Assembly (NCBI GenBank): GCA_046761065.1
Contig: JBHIFL010000036.1
Coordinates: 1 to 44,397 of the forward strand
DNA: 44,397 nucleotides
Origin: Candidatus Heimdallarchaeota archaeon
GTDB taxonomy: Archaea > Asgardarchaeota > Wukongarchaeia > Wukongarchaeales > JBHIFL01
Reading direction: 5' to 3'
Shown here: positions 28,259 to 38,538 of the stretch, piece by piece
Layout of the letters: each line of letters opens with the position of its first letter
How positions within the stretch are numbered: position 1 is the stretch's first letter
Notes under the pieces: generated by a model
The model's database searches: none
What the model was told of the DNA's origin: nothing
Seen by the model: only the letters and a program-made list of their open reading frames with translations
Made by a program: the position numbers and the translations under genes

Positions 28259-28600
28259 TACCTAGAAGTTAACACCATTTACCGACTACATGATAAAAAA
28301 TTATGGGAATTTAGCAGAAACTATAACGACTTGAGGTCCCATCTGAATCAAGTCTACAAAAGGCAATTCAGATAAATTTTATGAATAACTACTTCTTAAT
28401 CTTCCACAATTGTTTAAAGTGTAGTGGAAGAATTTGTAGATTATACGCTTATTTTAATTAGATAAATCTTTTTGAGGCATTTTTCTTTCTGCTTTCTAAG
28501 ATTTTTAAAGTGTATAATGACGCTATTCGTAGTGAATCCTTTTTAACGTTTCGTAGGTAATGGAAATAGGGTGTTAGAATACTTATTATATGTCCTGACA

Positions 28601-29401
28601 TTAAAATTCAAGTTTTTGAACAACAAAAATAGCAAGGAGCACTGAAGCCACAATTGTAAGAGAAACTATACCAAGTGCAGAGTAAAACACGGACAAACTG
28701 GTTTGTTCTGCATTTAAAAAAAAGAAATATCGTTGAATTTCTATAAACTGTTGTAAGAAAGTGTATTTCAGCATCGTGCTATCTATGAACCCGAACCTAA
28801 TGCTTGATTCGATAATAAAACTGAGAACAAAAAAGATGAAAATCGGAATAAGGGCTCCGACTGCTGTGCCTTTTTCTTGAGCGATGAGGAAAGAAGTGGT
28901 ACAGAGGGTAATAGAGGCTGCCAGAAGCGAAGCCAACAAAACGATCGTGAAAGCCAACAGTTGAGAACTTAGAGCCGGAAGAGGAGCGCCCCACATAATG
29001 AGGAGGAGATCAAAAGCTACCAACGAGGAAAAGACACCGATGGTGGTGAGTAACATCGCCGCAGCAAATTTTGCTAAAAGGGTAATCAGTCGAGATGAAC
29101 TGGTACTGAATAAAACCATGAGCGCGCTTCGTTTTTCACCCCCCAACAGGTCTGCTACAAGCAATATCGCAATCACTTCTGAGAGAAACGGAGTGAAAAA
29201 TACAAAAACTTGGAGTGATCGTATTTTGAACCAGGTTTCGCCAAAAAGGGCGATGGCAACGCTCTGTTGACGGGCAAAAAGATCTAAATATAAAAACATA
29301 GGAAGAATGGATGCCAAAAATATTACCAGAAAACGAGAACTTCGGAAAATTCGGTAAATTTCGAGTTTTATTATATAAAAAAACGCTTTGGTGTTTCCCA
29401 C
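28601..29401 (-). CDS. ABC-2 type transporter permease
   Basis: IIKLEIYRIFRS, DLLGGEKRS...SRLITLLAKF, about 6 TMs; directly downstream of an ABC ATPase. Confidence 0.82.
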   Translation of the reverse strand: MGNTKAFFYIIKLEIYRIFRSSRFLVIFLASILPMFLYLDLFARQQSVAIALFGETWFKIRSLQVFVFFTPFLSEVIAILLVADLLGGEKRSALMVLFSTSSSRLITLLAKFAAAMLLTTIGVFSSLVAFDLLLIMWGAPLPALSSQLLAFTIVLLASLLAASITLCTTSFLIAQEKGTAVGALIPIFIFFVLSFIIESSIRFGFIDSTMLKYTFLQQFIEIQRYFFFLNAEQTSLSVFYSALGIVSLTIVASVLLAIFVVQKLEF

Positions 29402-29404
29402 CGC

Positions 29405-30115
29405 TTATTGCCCCCTCGCTATACACTTATTTTCAACGAGTCTTCCATTCTCAAGTAATACAAAATTATCTGCAATATTGCGGAGAAATTCGTCTCGATG
29501 CGTTGAAATAATAATTGTTTTTCCCTTTTCCCGCAAAATTTGCAGCTCTTCCAAAACCAAATCGCGCCCAGAGGCATCAAGGGAAGAGAGGGGCTCATCT
29601 AAAAGGTAAAGATCAGGATCCGAAACCATTGCTTGAGCAAACCCCAACCTTTGTTGCATTCCACTACTAAAGAGTTGAACAGGAACATCCCGCCACCGTA
29701 AAAGCCGTACTTTTTGTAAAAGTTCATCAACTCTAATGGAAAGGTTATCGGTAACATTTCGGAGGCGGCCAAGCAATTTTAAATACTCAGAAGCAGTGAC
29801 ATCGGATGGAGGGAATAGATTCTCAGGGAGGAATCCTGTCAGGACTCGAACCTGTCTTGGATTGCGGGCGACATTAACGCCAAAAATAAAAGCTTTTCCG
29901 GAGGTAGGTCGGGTGAGTGTGGCTAAAATTTTTAAAATGGTACTTTTTCCCGATCCATTTGGGCCGTGAAAGATTGTTAAGGTTTCGGGAAGAATCTGAA
30001 GGGAGATATCCTGAAGGGCTCTAATTTGAAAACGCATCCATCGTGAAAAATAGGTTTTAGACAAAGAATCCAGCTCAACTGCGGATTTCATTGTAATTAT
30101 CACCCCGCTTTGCAA
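29405..30115 (-). CDS. ABC transporter ATP-binding protein
   Basis: Walker A GPNGSGKST, signature FSSGMQQR, Walker B YLLDEP, H-loop STH. Confidence 0.93.
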   Translation of the reverse strand: MQSGVIITMKSAVELDSLSKTYFSRWMRFQIRALQDISLQILPETLTIFHGPNGSGKSTILKILATLTRPTSGKAFIFGVNVARNPRQVRVLTGFLPENLFPPSDVTASEYLKLLGRLRNVTDNLSIRVDELLQKVRLLRWRDVPVQLFSSGMQQRLGFAQAMVSDPDLYLLDEPLSSLDASGRDLVLEELQILREKGKTIIISTHRDEFLRNIADNFVLLENGRLVENKCIARGQ

Positions 30116-30152
30116 TCAAGGGTTTGTTCCAAAAGAATTTACCTTTAATTGA

Positions 30153-31001
30153 TTGATAAAACAATGCACTTTTGATCCTCAAATACATCAAATATCTTGT
30201 GTGGAAGTATTGATCAAAACAGCCAAACCATTCCTATTAACCCTTGCAATCTGCAGTGGGCTTTTTAATGCCCCCCTAAATAATCGAGGGACCGATTCTA
30301 TTCCTTTTGTGGGAATGGAAGTCCGGTATGGGTTTGAACTCCAAGTGAGTGGATGGGCTCTCCCCGGTGGAGGATTTTTATACCTGAAATACCAAGATTC
30401 CACCGAACAAGCTTTCTTTGCGAACGTCTCATTCAGATTATACCTAGATCCCTTTACAGGAACTGAGAATGCAACGATGATTGAGGATGCCCGGACAAGA
30501 AGGATCTTTGTTAACACCACTGGAACTCGCTACGTGGCTGGAGCCTTCTTTCTCTTATTTGATCCGAAGGAAAATGCAACCAATCGAACCCCAATATGGG
30601 TCTTTCCAGATGAACTAAGGGAAGGGAACATGATCACCATAGGCGCCTATAATTTTACAGTCCAAAATGCTCAAAATATCGAAGCTGTAGAAAAAAACCT
30701 CCAATGTTTCCGTGTACATTTTGAAAAGGCGGGAGAGATCTTCAGAAACTATACTGCCCTTTATGAAAGCAACACAGGACTTTTGATTAGCGGTGATTTT
30801 ATTGTGTCAGAGGATTCGTCGAGGAATCACGGGACTCTCCGACTAGAAGAAACAAATATAGCCTTTGAACAGATCTCATTTCTGAGACGCAATCTCCGTA
30901 TAATTTTGCCTGTGCTTTTTGGAGCGGGTATTATTGGAACAGCCTTCATCTACATTCGTCGTCGCAGGATCGAGATCGAGGGTGGCCTAGATGCGGATTA
31001 G
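30153..31001 (+). CDS. Secreted protein with C-terminal membrane anchor
   Basis: N-terminal hydrophobic stretch, several N-x-S/T sequons, C-terminal TM followed by RRRR. Confidence 0.65.
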   Translation: MIKQCTFDPQIHQISCVEVLIKTAKPFLLTLAICSGLFNAPLNNRGTDSIPFVGMEVRYGFELQVSGWALPGGGFLYLKYQDSTEQAFFANVSFRLYLDPFTGTENATMIEDARTRRIFVNTTGTRYVAGAFFLLFDPKENATNRTPIWVFPDELREGNMITIGAYNFTVQNAQNIEAVEKNLQCFRVHFEKAGEIFRNYTALYESNTGLLISGDFIVSEDSSRNHGTLRLEETNIAFEQISFLRRNLRIILPVLFGAGIIGTAFIYIRRRRIEIEGGLDAD

Positions 31002-31420
31002 CGAGGCATTCCTCAAATCCCATGTCCTTGCTAACATGTTAACATACATCAGATTATTTTCAAAGCTTCAGGAGGGAAATTTTAAAAATGTGCCGCAAAA
31101 TCGAGAAAAAAAGACTAAGAGACTACTTCTCAGTTTATATCATAAAAATACGAAAGGTTAAATAATGCTGTAGAAACGGTAATAAGAGTGATATTCCAAG
31201 TGAAGAGCCCTATGAAACAGATTATCTTGCTTAAAAGCTGTGAACTGTTTGGATCCACAATGTTCTGACCTAAAGAGCGAATCTTACTGAAATACGACAC
31301 TTTATGAAGCCATTCGTGAATCTTTGGTGTCATAACGGGGTATTAATCGAATTTATAGTAAAAAACTGAACAAGATCCATTTTCAGAATAACTAGAAATC
31401 CGATCACAATAAGGAATCAA

Positions 31421-32509
31421 ATGAGCTATTTGGAACAGAAATTGAGATCGTCTGAGGACCTAAAAAAAATGACTGAAGAAGAAGAACAAGTCCATAAAGA
31501 AATCCAGAAGCTCCGCGAGGAAAAACGCCTTTTAGGAGGACTAAAAACATACTATACACGCGAAATAACATTCCAAGAGCTGGAAGAACTAACAGGATTC
31601 AATATGCGAGAGATCACCGGTTACATGGAAGCCCATTATTATCCACGAAAATCGTTGGGAGAACCCTTTGACAAAAATCGCGAGTTGACAGCGATCCAGA
31701 AACGCTTTACCGAAATAGATGAAGAAATCCTCAATGTTAAATCCCGATTAGTTAAAGAACTCACTTCCATTCTGTTAATTCCAAGCTGGTCAGAACTTAT
31801 TAATGCTAAATTCAAAGGAATTTACGCAGGGAAAGCGGTTTCAAGCCTAAAAAAAGACGCAATTATCATGTTAACCGATTTACGGGCCGGTTTCAGTGAA
31901 ATCACAGGTGAAGAACTCGTCTTAATCACGGGACCAGGGATCTACTATACGGAGTTCACCATTGAGACCCGTTTGCTTGTCCGTGATCACCGTGAACTGT
32001 CCGCGATTCTCCTCCCAAAATCCATTGTTGATCGCATGTGGGATGCCCCTTCGATCTTCAGGGGAGAAAATATGAACATAACCCTCAATGAACTTGTCGC
32101 CACGATTCCCTTCGATATTATCCTTCGAACAACCTCAGAACAAGCGTTTCTCAGGGGAATACTAGCCCGCAACATTTTCCTCCCCTATCGTGAAATCTTC
32201 GATCTCCTCTATGAAACCTGTAGCTCGATAAGCTCCTATCCCCCAGAAGAAGGGCTGAAATGCCTTTCAGCGTCCCCACTTTGGTTTAATCGTCTCTTAG
32301 TTCAAGAAAATTTTACTCGTTCTCCGCGATATTCCTCTTATAAACAACTTACAGCGGGTCTTAGTAATATTCAGCCGGTACTAGATCGATTCCTATCCGA
32401 TATCTTTGAGGAAGATGAAATCGTTCAACTCTTTGAGCGTATTACCACCCTAAAACAGAACTACACAGAAATAGGCAAACGAATTCTGCAAGAATGGATT
32501 CCCGATTAA
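31421..32509 (+). CDS. Hypothetical protein (N-terminal coiled coil)
   Basis: 362-aa ORF with an AAGGA SD; no family recognised. Confidence 0.7.
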   Translation: MSYLEQKLRSSEDLKKMTEEEEQVHKEIQKLREEKRLLGGLKTYYTREITFQELEELTGFNMREITGYMEAHYYPRKSLGEPFDKNRELTAIQKRFTEIDEEILNVKSRLVKELTSILLIPSWSELINAKFKGIYAGKAVSSLKKDAIIMLTDLRAGFSEITGEELVLITGPGIYYTEFTIETRLLVRDHRELSAILLPKSIVDRMWDAPSIFRGENMNITLNELVATIPFDIILRTTSEQAFLRGILARNIFLPYREIFDLLYETCSSISSYPPEEGLKCLSASPLWFNRLLVQENFTRSPRYSSYKQLTAGLSNIQPVLDRFLSDIFEEDEIVQLFERITTLKQNYTEIGKRILQEWIPD

Positions 32510-32641
32510 TTTTAAACAAATTAAGACAAATATCAACGCTTGTTGAAAAGTAGACATTTGGTAAGAATTTAACCCAGGGATTTTTCAAAAATGGAATTAG
32601 CAAATATTCCACTATTCTATAATAATAGAGGTATAAACCAG

Positions 32642-33373
32642 TCAATTAATTTGAATCAACTCTCCCACTTGTACCACTAACCGATTAATCGCCTTTGCAT
32701 TCTTAAGCGAAATTTCTAAAGTGTTTGAACTACCTTCGATCAAGAAAAGCATATTTTCTGGAGCTGCTTCATAAGTTTTATAAAACGATAGCTGTTGCAT
32801 GAACTTCCCATAAGTTACTGTGTATGATTGCTTACCAATATGAGGAAGGTTTGTTACAATATTCCCAAAAGTATCGATCCGTACGATTTCCCCAATTCGA
32901 TTTTTAAGATCCAGTTGGAACTCAAACTTACAAGCGATTTCAACAGCTTCCCCTAAGAGTTCAAGTTCGGTGCCTTTTTCGAGTTCAGCTGCTGCTCTTG
33001 CAAATACGTCACGCCCATGAAATGTCCGCGATGCGCCTTCTTCGGAGAGCCGCACCACGAATCGTAGCCCATCTTCCTGCACTGTGGGATACACCAATCC
33101 ATTATCAGGTCCTACAAAGATATAGTGCTGGGTTTCGACCCCTAACGCGTTCCGGCCACTTCCGACTCCAGGATCAACCACACAGAGAAAAATTGTGTTG
33201 TAGGGGAAGAATTTATAGTTTTGGAGGAGAATCCAAGCCCCTTCCCGAATATTTTGAGGGCTCACTTGATTATATAAATCTACGACCTTTGCTTGAGGCA
33301 CGATACTATAAATGACTCCTTTCATGACCCCTACATATTCAGTATCACCAAAATCGGTTAAAAGTACAATCAT
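32642..33373 (-). CDS. SAM hydroxide adenosyltransferase / SAM-dependent halogenase family (DUF62)
   Basis: LLTDFG, YVGVMKGVI, VVDPGVGS, VGPDNG, TFHGRDVFA, IDTFGNIVTN. Confidence 0.93.
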   Translation of the reverse strand: MIVLLTDFGDTEYVGVMKGVIYSIVPQAKVVDLYNQVSPQNIREGAWILLQNYKFFPYNTIFLCVVDPGVGSGRNALGVETQHYIFVGPDNGLVYPTVQEDGLRFVVRLSEEGASRTFHGRDVFARAAAELEKGTELELLGEAVEIACKFEFQLDLKNRIGEIVRIDTFGNIVTNLPHIGKQSYTVTYGKFMQQLSFYKTYEAAPENMLFLIEGSSNTLEISLKNAKAINRLVVQVGELIQIN

Positions 33374-33558
33374 TGCTATACCAAACTCTGATTTTTGAAA
33401 TATGTTTATTATATACTACATATTAATGAGAGTCTTGCTTTCGGAAGAAATGCGTCAAAGGGCTCTTTGGAGGTCAAGCAAAGCCTTCGTTGTAGGATGT
33501 GTGACAAACAAAAAACCCAAAGGTTTGCATATCATATAAATGATTGAGGAAAAATATA

Positions 33559-33912
33559 ATGGAATTTTATGAACAACATATCAAACAGATGATCCGAACG
33601 CGCCTCTGGACGCTTGCAACTGAAAAACCAAACAAACTTCATTTGATCATCTCAAGTGGAACACCAGAACCCTTGTATCAGGTGTTAATTCATTATTTTC
33701 AAGATAATTCCACAGATTGGGAGTGGTTCTTACAAAATCAGGAGTTTCTCATCAAACATCGTAATGAGTATCTAGATGCCGACCATTATGAGTTGGTCGA
33801 CCGAATTTTCCAGTGGTATCTCAGAACAAGAAAAAGAAAGGTTTTAAAAAAGAACACATTGAAAGAAGCAATTGAAAGGATCGATAAGCAGATATACGGC
33901 GATATTTATTGA
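33559..33912 (+). CDS. Hypothetical protein
   Basis: ATG 33559 preceded by GAGGA; 117 aa; no motif. Confidence 0.55.
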   Translation: MEFYEQHIKQMIRTRLWTLATEKPNKLHLIISSGTPEPLYQVLIHYFQDNSTDWEWFLQNQEFLIKHRNEYLDADHYELVDRIFQWYLRTRKRKVLKKNTLKEAIERIDKQIYGDIY

Positions 33913-34057
33913 TCCTAGGTCTATAGAAAATGGTAGTGAGAGAACGCCTGAGATACCCTCCATTTTACCATATTTCCTATCGTATCTGCCCAAGAGTCAT
34001 ACGATAGGCTTATCAATAATTTGATTCTACGAATTAAAACATGAGGGAACAATACTT

Positions 34058-34981
34058 ATGCCCTTAACTGGACTCCATCTTTTGCTCTCCTATCAGTGTA
34101 ACTACGAATGTGATCACTGTTTTGTGTGGGGGAGCCCTTTCAACGAAGGGACAATGACGCTTACTTTCATCCGAAGAGCCCTAAAAGATGCGCAAGATTT
34201 AGGAACCATAAGAAAAATCTACTTCGAAGGAGGCGAACCCTTTCTCTACTATCCTATTATGGTGCAAGGGATTCGAGAAGCAGTTGACGCAGGATTCGAA
34301 GTTGGCATTGTGACGAATGCATATTGGGCGACATCTGTTGAAGATGCAGAAGTATGGTTGCGTCCTATTGCTGAAATTGGTATTAGTGATTTGAGTTTGA
34401 GCAGTGATTTATATCATGGAGACCGAATGGAGACTTCAGAGGCAATGCGAGGAAGGAAGGCCGCGACAAACCTGGAGATTCCTGTCGACCTGCTCCAAAC
34501 CTATGGTCCAGTCTTGGAAACGAATAATCTGATGGCAACGGAGATCTCCGACAAGAATTATGGGCGGGTAATGTTCAAGGGGAGAGCAGCGGAAAAGCTT
34601 GCTCATCTTGCTACCCAGCACAAGTGGACAGAATTCATCGAGTGTGATTCAGAAGAGTTGGAAGATCCTGGGCGTGTTCATATAGATCCCTTCGGGTTCA
34701 TTCACGTGTGCCAAGGCATCAGTATAGGCAACCTCCTAAAAGAATCCCTCTCACAAATTGTTGACTCCTTCAAACCTAACAAACATCCTATCATCGGTCC
34801 GTTAATTGAGGAGGGGCCAGTTGCGCTCGTGAAAAGGTATCACGCCCCTCACGAGTCCACTTATGCCGATGCCTGCCATCTCTGCTACCAGGTACGGAAA
34901 CGGCTCCGAGCCCAGTTCCCAAACACTCTTTCCCCCAATCAGATGTATAATGCGACTGCTAACTCCACGAAAGCTCTGTAG
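34058..34981 (+). CDS. Radical SAM protein
   Basis: CNYECDHC (CxxxCxxC), FEGGEPFL, VTNAYWA, C-terminal Cys motifs including CHLCY. Confidence 0.92.
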   Translation: MPLTGLHLLLSYQCNYECDHCFVWGSPFNEGTMTLTFIRRALKDAQDLGTIRKIYFEGGEPFLYYPIMVQGIREAVDAGFEVGIVTNAYWATSVEDAEVWLRPIAEIGISDLSLSSDLYHGDRMETSEAMRGRKAATNLEIPVDLLQTYGPVLETNNLMATEISDKNYGRVMFKGRAAEKLAHLATQHKWTEFIECDSEELEDPGRVHIDPFGFIHVCQGISIGNLLKESLSQIVDSFKPNKHPIIGPLIEEGPVALVKRYHAPHESTYADACHLCYQVRKRLRAQFPNTLSPNQMYNATANSTKAL

Positions 34982-35104
34982 GACAAAGTCATACCTATAT
35001 CGTGGAGAACATTTTAATTTACCCCTACTAGTATCAACAATGTTGCATTGCAACCAATTAAAAAAAGAGAAGGGAGGATCGAAGTGCAAGGGACTCATAG
35101 ATTA

Positions 35105-35536
35105 CTATTTTACTATCAAGACGGGACATGTTGCTCCATCTGCAACGCGATGACTAACACTTCCTAAGATGAATTCTTGAATACCGCCTAGGCCCCTGTC
35201 ACCCACTATTATTAAGTCAGATTTTTTTAATTTAGCTGTTTCAAGTATCTTGTTCGCAGGTCGCCCTTCAGCTAACTTTGTCAAGATGTTCAAATTAGGT
35301 TGTAGGTTTTTAGCTTTTTTGAGAGTGTCTTGCAGTACTTGTTCGTGTCTAGCTTTTGATGCAGCATAGTACTTGTCGCTACCTGGATATACAGCGCTGA
35401 TTATAGAAGGAATTAGAGGGACGACACTAAATATTAAAATTTCAGCCGAATATTTCTCAGCTAAATCTAGTGCGAAATCGAATGCCCGATCTGATTTTTG
35501 AGAACCATCAAGAGCGACTAAAATCTTTTTAAACAC
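35105..35536 (-). CDS. uspA: Universal stress protein
   Basis: KKILVALDGS, DLIIVGDRGLGG...LGSVS..V...ATCPVLIVK. Confidence 0.93.
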   Translation of the reverse strand: MFKKILVALDGSQKSDRAFDFALDLAEKYSAEILIFSVVPLIPSIISAVYPGSDKYYAASKARHEQVLQDTLKKAKNLQPNLNILTKLAEGRPANKILETAKLKKSDLIIVGDRGLGGIQEFILGSVSHRVADGATCPVLIVK

Positions 35537-35662
35537 ATGATACGCCCCAATACAATTTTTCAGCTTTTCAAATTAAAATTGTGCGTTGCCTGATAGAAAA
35601 ATCCATTAAGCAGGTTAGCTTTATCTCACCTACAATATAGGAAGTCAGGATGAACGTCATCG

Positions 35663-36595
35663 ATGTTACTGGAACTTGAAAAAACAATCGTTAGTGTCGT
35701 AGAAAAAGTCGTCCCAAGCGTAGTCAGCGTATCGACAACAAGATTGGCACGAATAGACCTATCCAGGGTTGTACCGCTTCAAGGACAGGGTTCTGGCGTG
35801 ATTTTGGCCGATGACGGCCATGTTGTAACAAACTTCCATGTTGTGAGAGGGGCGCGACATGTCGATGTAACACTCAACGATGGTCACTCACTTCACGCCA
35901 AAGTCGTTGGCGGGTCTACTATCAGAGACCTAGCAGTTCTGAAGATTGACGTAGCAACAGACCTTACTCCCATCAAGCTTGGCGATTCCAAATCACTTAA
36001 AGTAGGGCAATTCGCCATCGCAGTTGGAAACCCATTGGCACTTGGAACCACAGTCACATTTGGGATGGTTAGTGCTATTGACCGAACAATAAAGTCACGC
36101 GAAGCATTCTTGGAAGGATTGATTCAGACTACGGCTCAGATAAATCCTGGAAACTCTGGGGGCGCACTTGTAGATACAGAGGCCAATCTCATTGGAATTC
36201 CCACAGCAATGATCCCGTGGAGTCAGGGAATTGGATTTGCTATTGCAATTGATAGCGTCAAAAGCGTCTTTGACGAGTTAGTAGAGACCGGCACCATCAG
36301 AACTCCATGGATGGGTGTTGTTGGTGTCACTCTGAATCGAGGCATAGCAGCACACTATCGGCTGCCAGTAGACAAAGGGGCCCTGATAGTCCAAGTACCG
36401 CGAGGTCCTGCATTAAGGGCAGGGCTTAAGCCGGGAGATGTTATTGTAGCAGTGGATGGCAAGAAAGTGACCACCATGGAAGCATTACGTAGTCGAATCA
36501 TGCGTAAGAAAGTAGGAGCCAACATAAATTTAAAATTTAATCGGGGTCAAAAGGTCTTGGAGGTGGATCTAAAACTTCAAGAAGCCCCAAGTTAA
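35663..36595 (+). CDS. htrA: HtrA/DegP-family trypsin-like serine protease with one PDZ domain and no signal peptide
   Basis: GSGVI, TNFHVV, DLAVLKI, INPGNSGGAL catalytic triad; PDZ GPALRAGLKPGDVIVAVDG. Confidence 0.92.
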   Translation: MLLELEKTIVSVVEKVVPSVVSVSTTRLARIDLSRVVPLQGQGSGVILADDGHVVTNFHVVRGARHVDVTLNDGHSLHAKVVGGSTIRDLAVLKIDVATDLTPIKLGDSKSLKVGQFAIAVGNPLALGTTVTFGMVSAIDRTIKSREAFLEGLIQTTAQINPGNSGGALVDTEANLIGIPTAMIPWSQGIGFAIAIDSVKSVFDELVETGTIRTPWMGVVGVTLNRGIAAHYRLPVDKGALIVQVPRGPALRAGLKPGDVIVAVDGKKVTTMEALRSRIMRKKVGANINLKFNRGQKVLEVDLKLQEAPS

Positions 36596-36716
36596 CGATA
36601 GGATAGTGAATAAACGCTCTTAATTAGGAAAAAGGATAATCAAGGGAACTCATTACGAATGAAAAAATGAGAAATGTTTCTGTGTCTGAAGATGAAAAAT
36701 TAGTAATGAAAGGCCT

Positions 36717-37478
36717 TTAACTGATTCGAAAAAACCGTTTTACCGTCTTTGTCGTTGTCCTGGCAATCAATTCCTTTGAAACTTGTTTAATCTGAGCAAT
36801 TTCTGAAGCTACAAGTGAAACAATGCTTGGTTCACCAAGTAGATTGTTGTACCGGACTGGTCCGTCTGATTCAAGCATCAACCGGTTAAGAGGAGTTAGT
36901 TCCACTACTTTCCTCATCTTTTTTTGGAAAAGGACAGCTGGTGTAATGGAAAAGTAATACCCTGCCTTTAAAGCGGATTTGATGGCCGTTTCACTCCCCC
37001 CAAACCAGTGAAGTACCACATCCTCTGCTTCGTGACTTATGAGGTATTCAACAAGTCCAGTTTCATAGCCTTTCCCATGAGTAATGAGGGGAAGGTTAAA
37101 CTCTTTAGACATGGCGATCAGTTGGTTAAGAGTGGATTCTTGGGCAATCCATAGTTGTGTATCTTTGATAAAGGTATGATCGAACCCCACCTCGCCAATG
37201 GCTGTTATCGCATCAAGGTTTTCTTGAAGGAGGAGAGTAATTGCTTTCACTTGTGATGGAGTCTTTACGTTCCAAGGATGAAGCCCTACTGCTGAATACA
37301 CATTGTCATATTGCCGCGCGATGTCAAGGGTGTACTTAGATGAGGTTAGGTCCATGCTGACCGCAATGACCTTTACTTTTTGAGCTGTTGCCCTCATTAA
37401 CACCACTTCAAGGTCTTGAAACAATTCTTCTGCATGCAAATGACAATGCACATCAAAATATTTCGCTTCTTGCTGCAT
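36717..37478 (-). CDS. tatD: TatD-family deoxyribonuclease
   Basis: DVHCHL, VGLHPW, AIGEVGFD, LHWF, LESDGP. Confidence 0.93.
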   Translation of the reverse strand: MQQEAKYFDVHCHLHAEELFQDLEVVLMRATAQKVKVIAVSMDLTSSKYTLDIARQYDNVYSAVGLHPWNVKTPSQVKAITLLLQENLDAITAIGEVGFDHTFIKDTQLWIAQESTLNQLIAMSKEFNLPLITHGKGYETGLVEYLISHEAEDVVLHWFGGSETAIKSALKAGYYFSITPAVLFQKKMRKVVELTPLNRLMLESDGPVRYNNLLGEPSIVSLVASEIAQIKQVSKELIARTTTKTVKRFFRIS

Positions 37479-37859
37479 AAATAGTGCCTCTAGGATTTTT
37501 CGCGAGTGTTTTGAAGTTAAAAAAGGTTAGTAAAAACTCAATCTTATAATTTTTACAGATTTATCTTAATTGTCGCAATTCTCAGCTAAAAAAACATTAT
37601 TTCATATTAGGTGTGAAGAAACCTCGAGGATCATTTGTATTAGATATCCTAGAATCGATATTAACTTGTCCTATAGTAAATTAAAAGAGCTGAGGAAGGT
37701 TTTGTGATTGTACCTTCGATGAAGGTATCTTGGAAGACCCCATGGAAAAGCAGAAAAAGCCGTTTATAGACTCTGTGAATAGCAAAGAATCTTGCATTTA
37801 CAGCCTCTACATAACTTCTGACAGCAATAAGTGTTGATATAGATCCCGAGAGTACATTT

Positions 37860-38300
37860 TTGGGATTTCAATTTGGGACAAGCATGCTTGTCATCATTAG
37901 AATTATTGGTACTGGGTGGATTCATGGCGCAATCTTTTATGTGTTGTTAGTGAATTAGAATATTTTTGATAAAGAATCGGCAGTGGCCATCCTGTTTGTA
38001 GATCTTTCCATAACACTTTTGTTCGATATCTTATTAGTATTGCTTCCAAAAGATTTTTCCAATATTGTATTTACCTGGAGTGGTCTTTTTTAGTCGGATT
38101 GTCTTTACTTCGACACTCAAGGTGGTTCTGGAGATAAAGAGACCAAATATATTTTTGGGGATTCTGTAACTTGGGATTGGATTTGTTCTGATCTTTAGGA
38201 AGATATTATTCGGCATTCAAGTGTATGATATCTTGAGAGCGATCCTTACTTCTACAGAGTTTATCACTATATTATAAGAGTGGGATGCAAATTCGAATAA
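37860..38300 (+). pseudogene. Possible degraded membrane-protein gene
   Basis: Manual translation gives successive hydrophobic segments (MLVIIRIIGTGWIHGAIFYVLLVN*, AVAILFVDLSITLLFDILLVLL, IFLGIL*LGIGFVLIFRKILFGI) broken by stops and a frameshift, within a ~1-kb gap lacking long ORFs. Confidence 0.35.
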
Positions 38301-38538
38301 ACGATCTATGAGAAAGGTTTGTGGAGTTATAGAGTGACATCAAAAGCATAAATTCAAGTTTAACGTCATTAATGAAATCAAATTTCGTATTTAACAAGGT
38401 TTTAAAAGACATAATAGAGAGAAGTTGTTAAAATTCACTATTGAGCAAGAATCTATCCACAGAGTTAGTTTCTAGAATTTTCCAAAAACAAATAAAAAAC
38501 AACATAAATTATTTGATAAAGTTACAAGGTGCTAGGAT

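Noticed and set aside
33430-33510. Possible IS200/IS605 end remnant or riboswitch upstream of the DUF62 gene
   Set aside because: Only a short hairpin (CAAAG-GGCT-CTTTG), with no transposase/TnpB and no recognisable aptamer.
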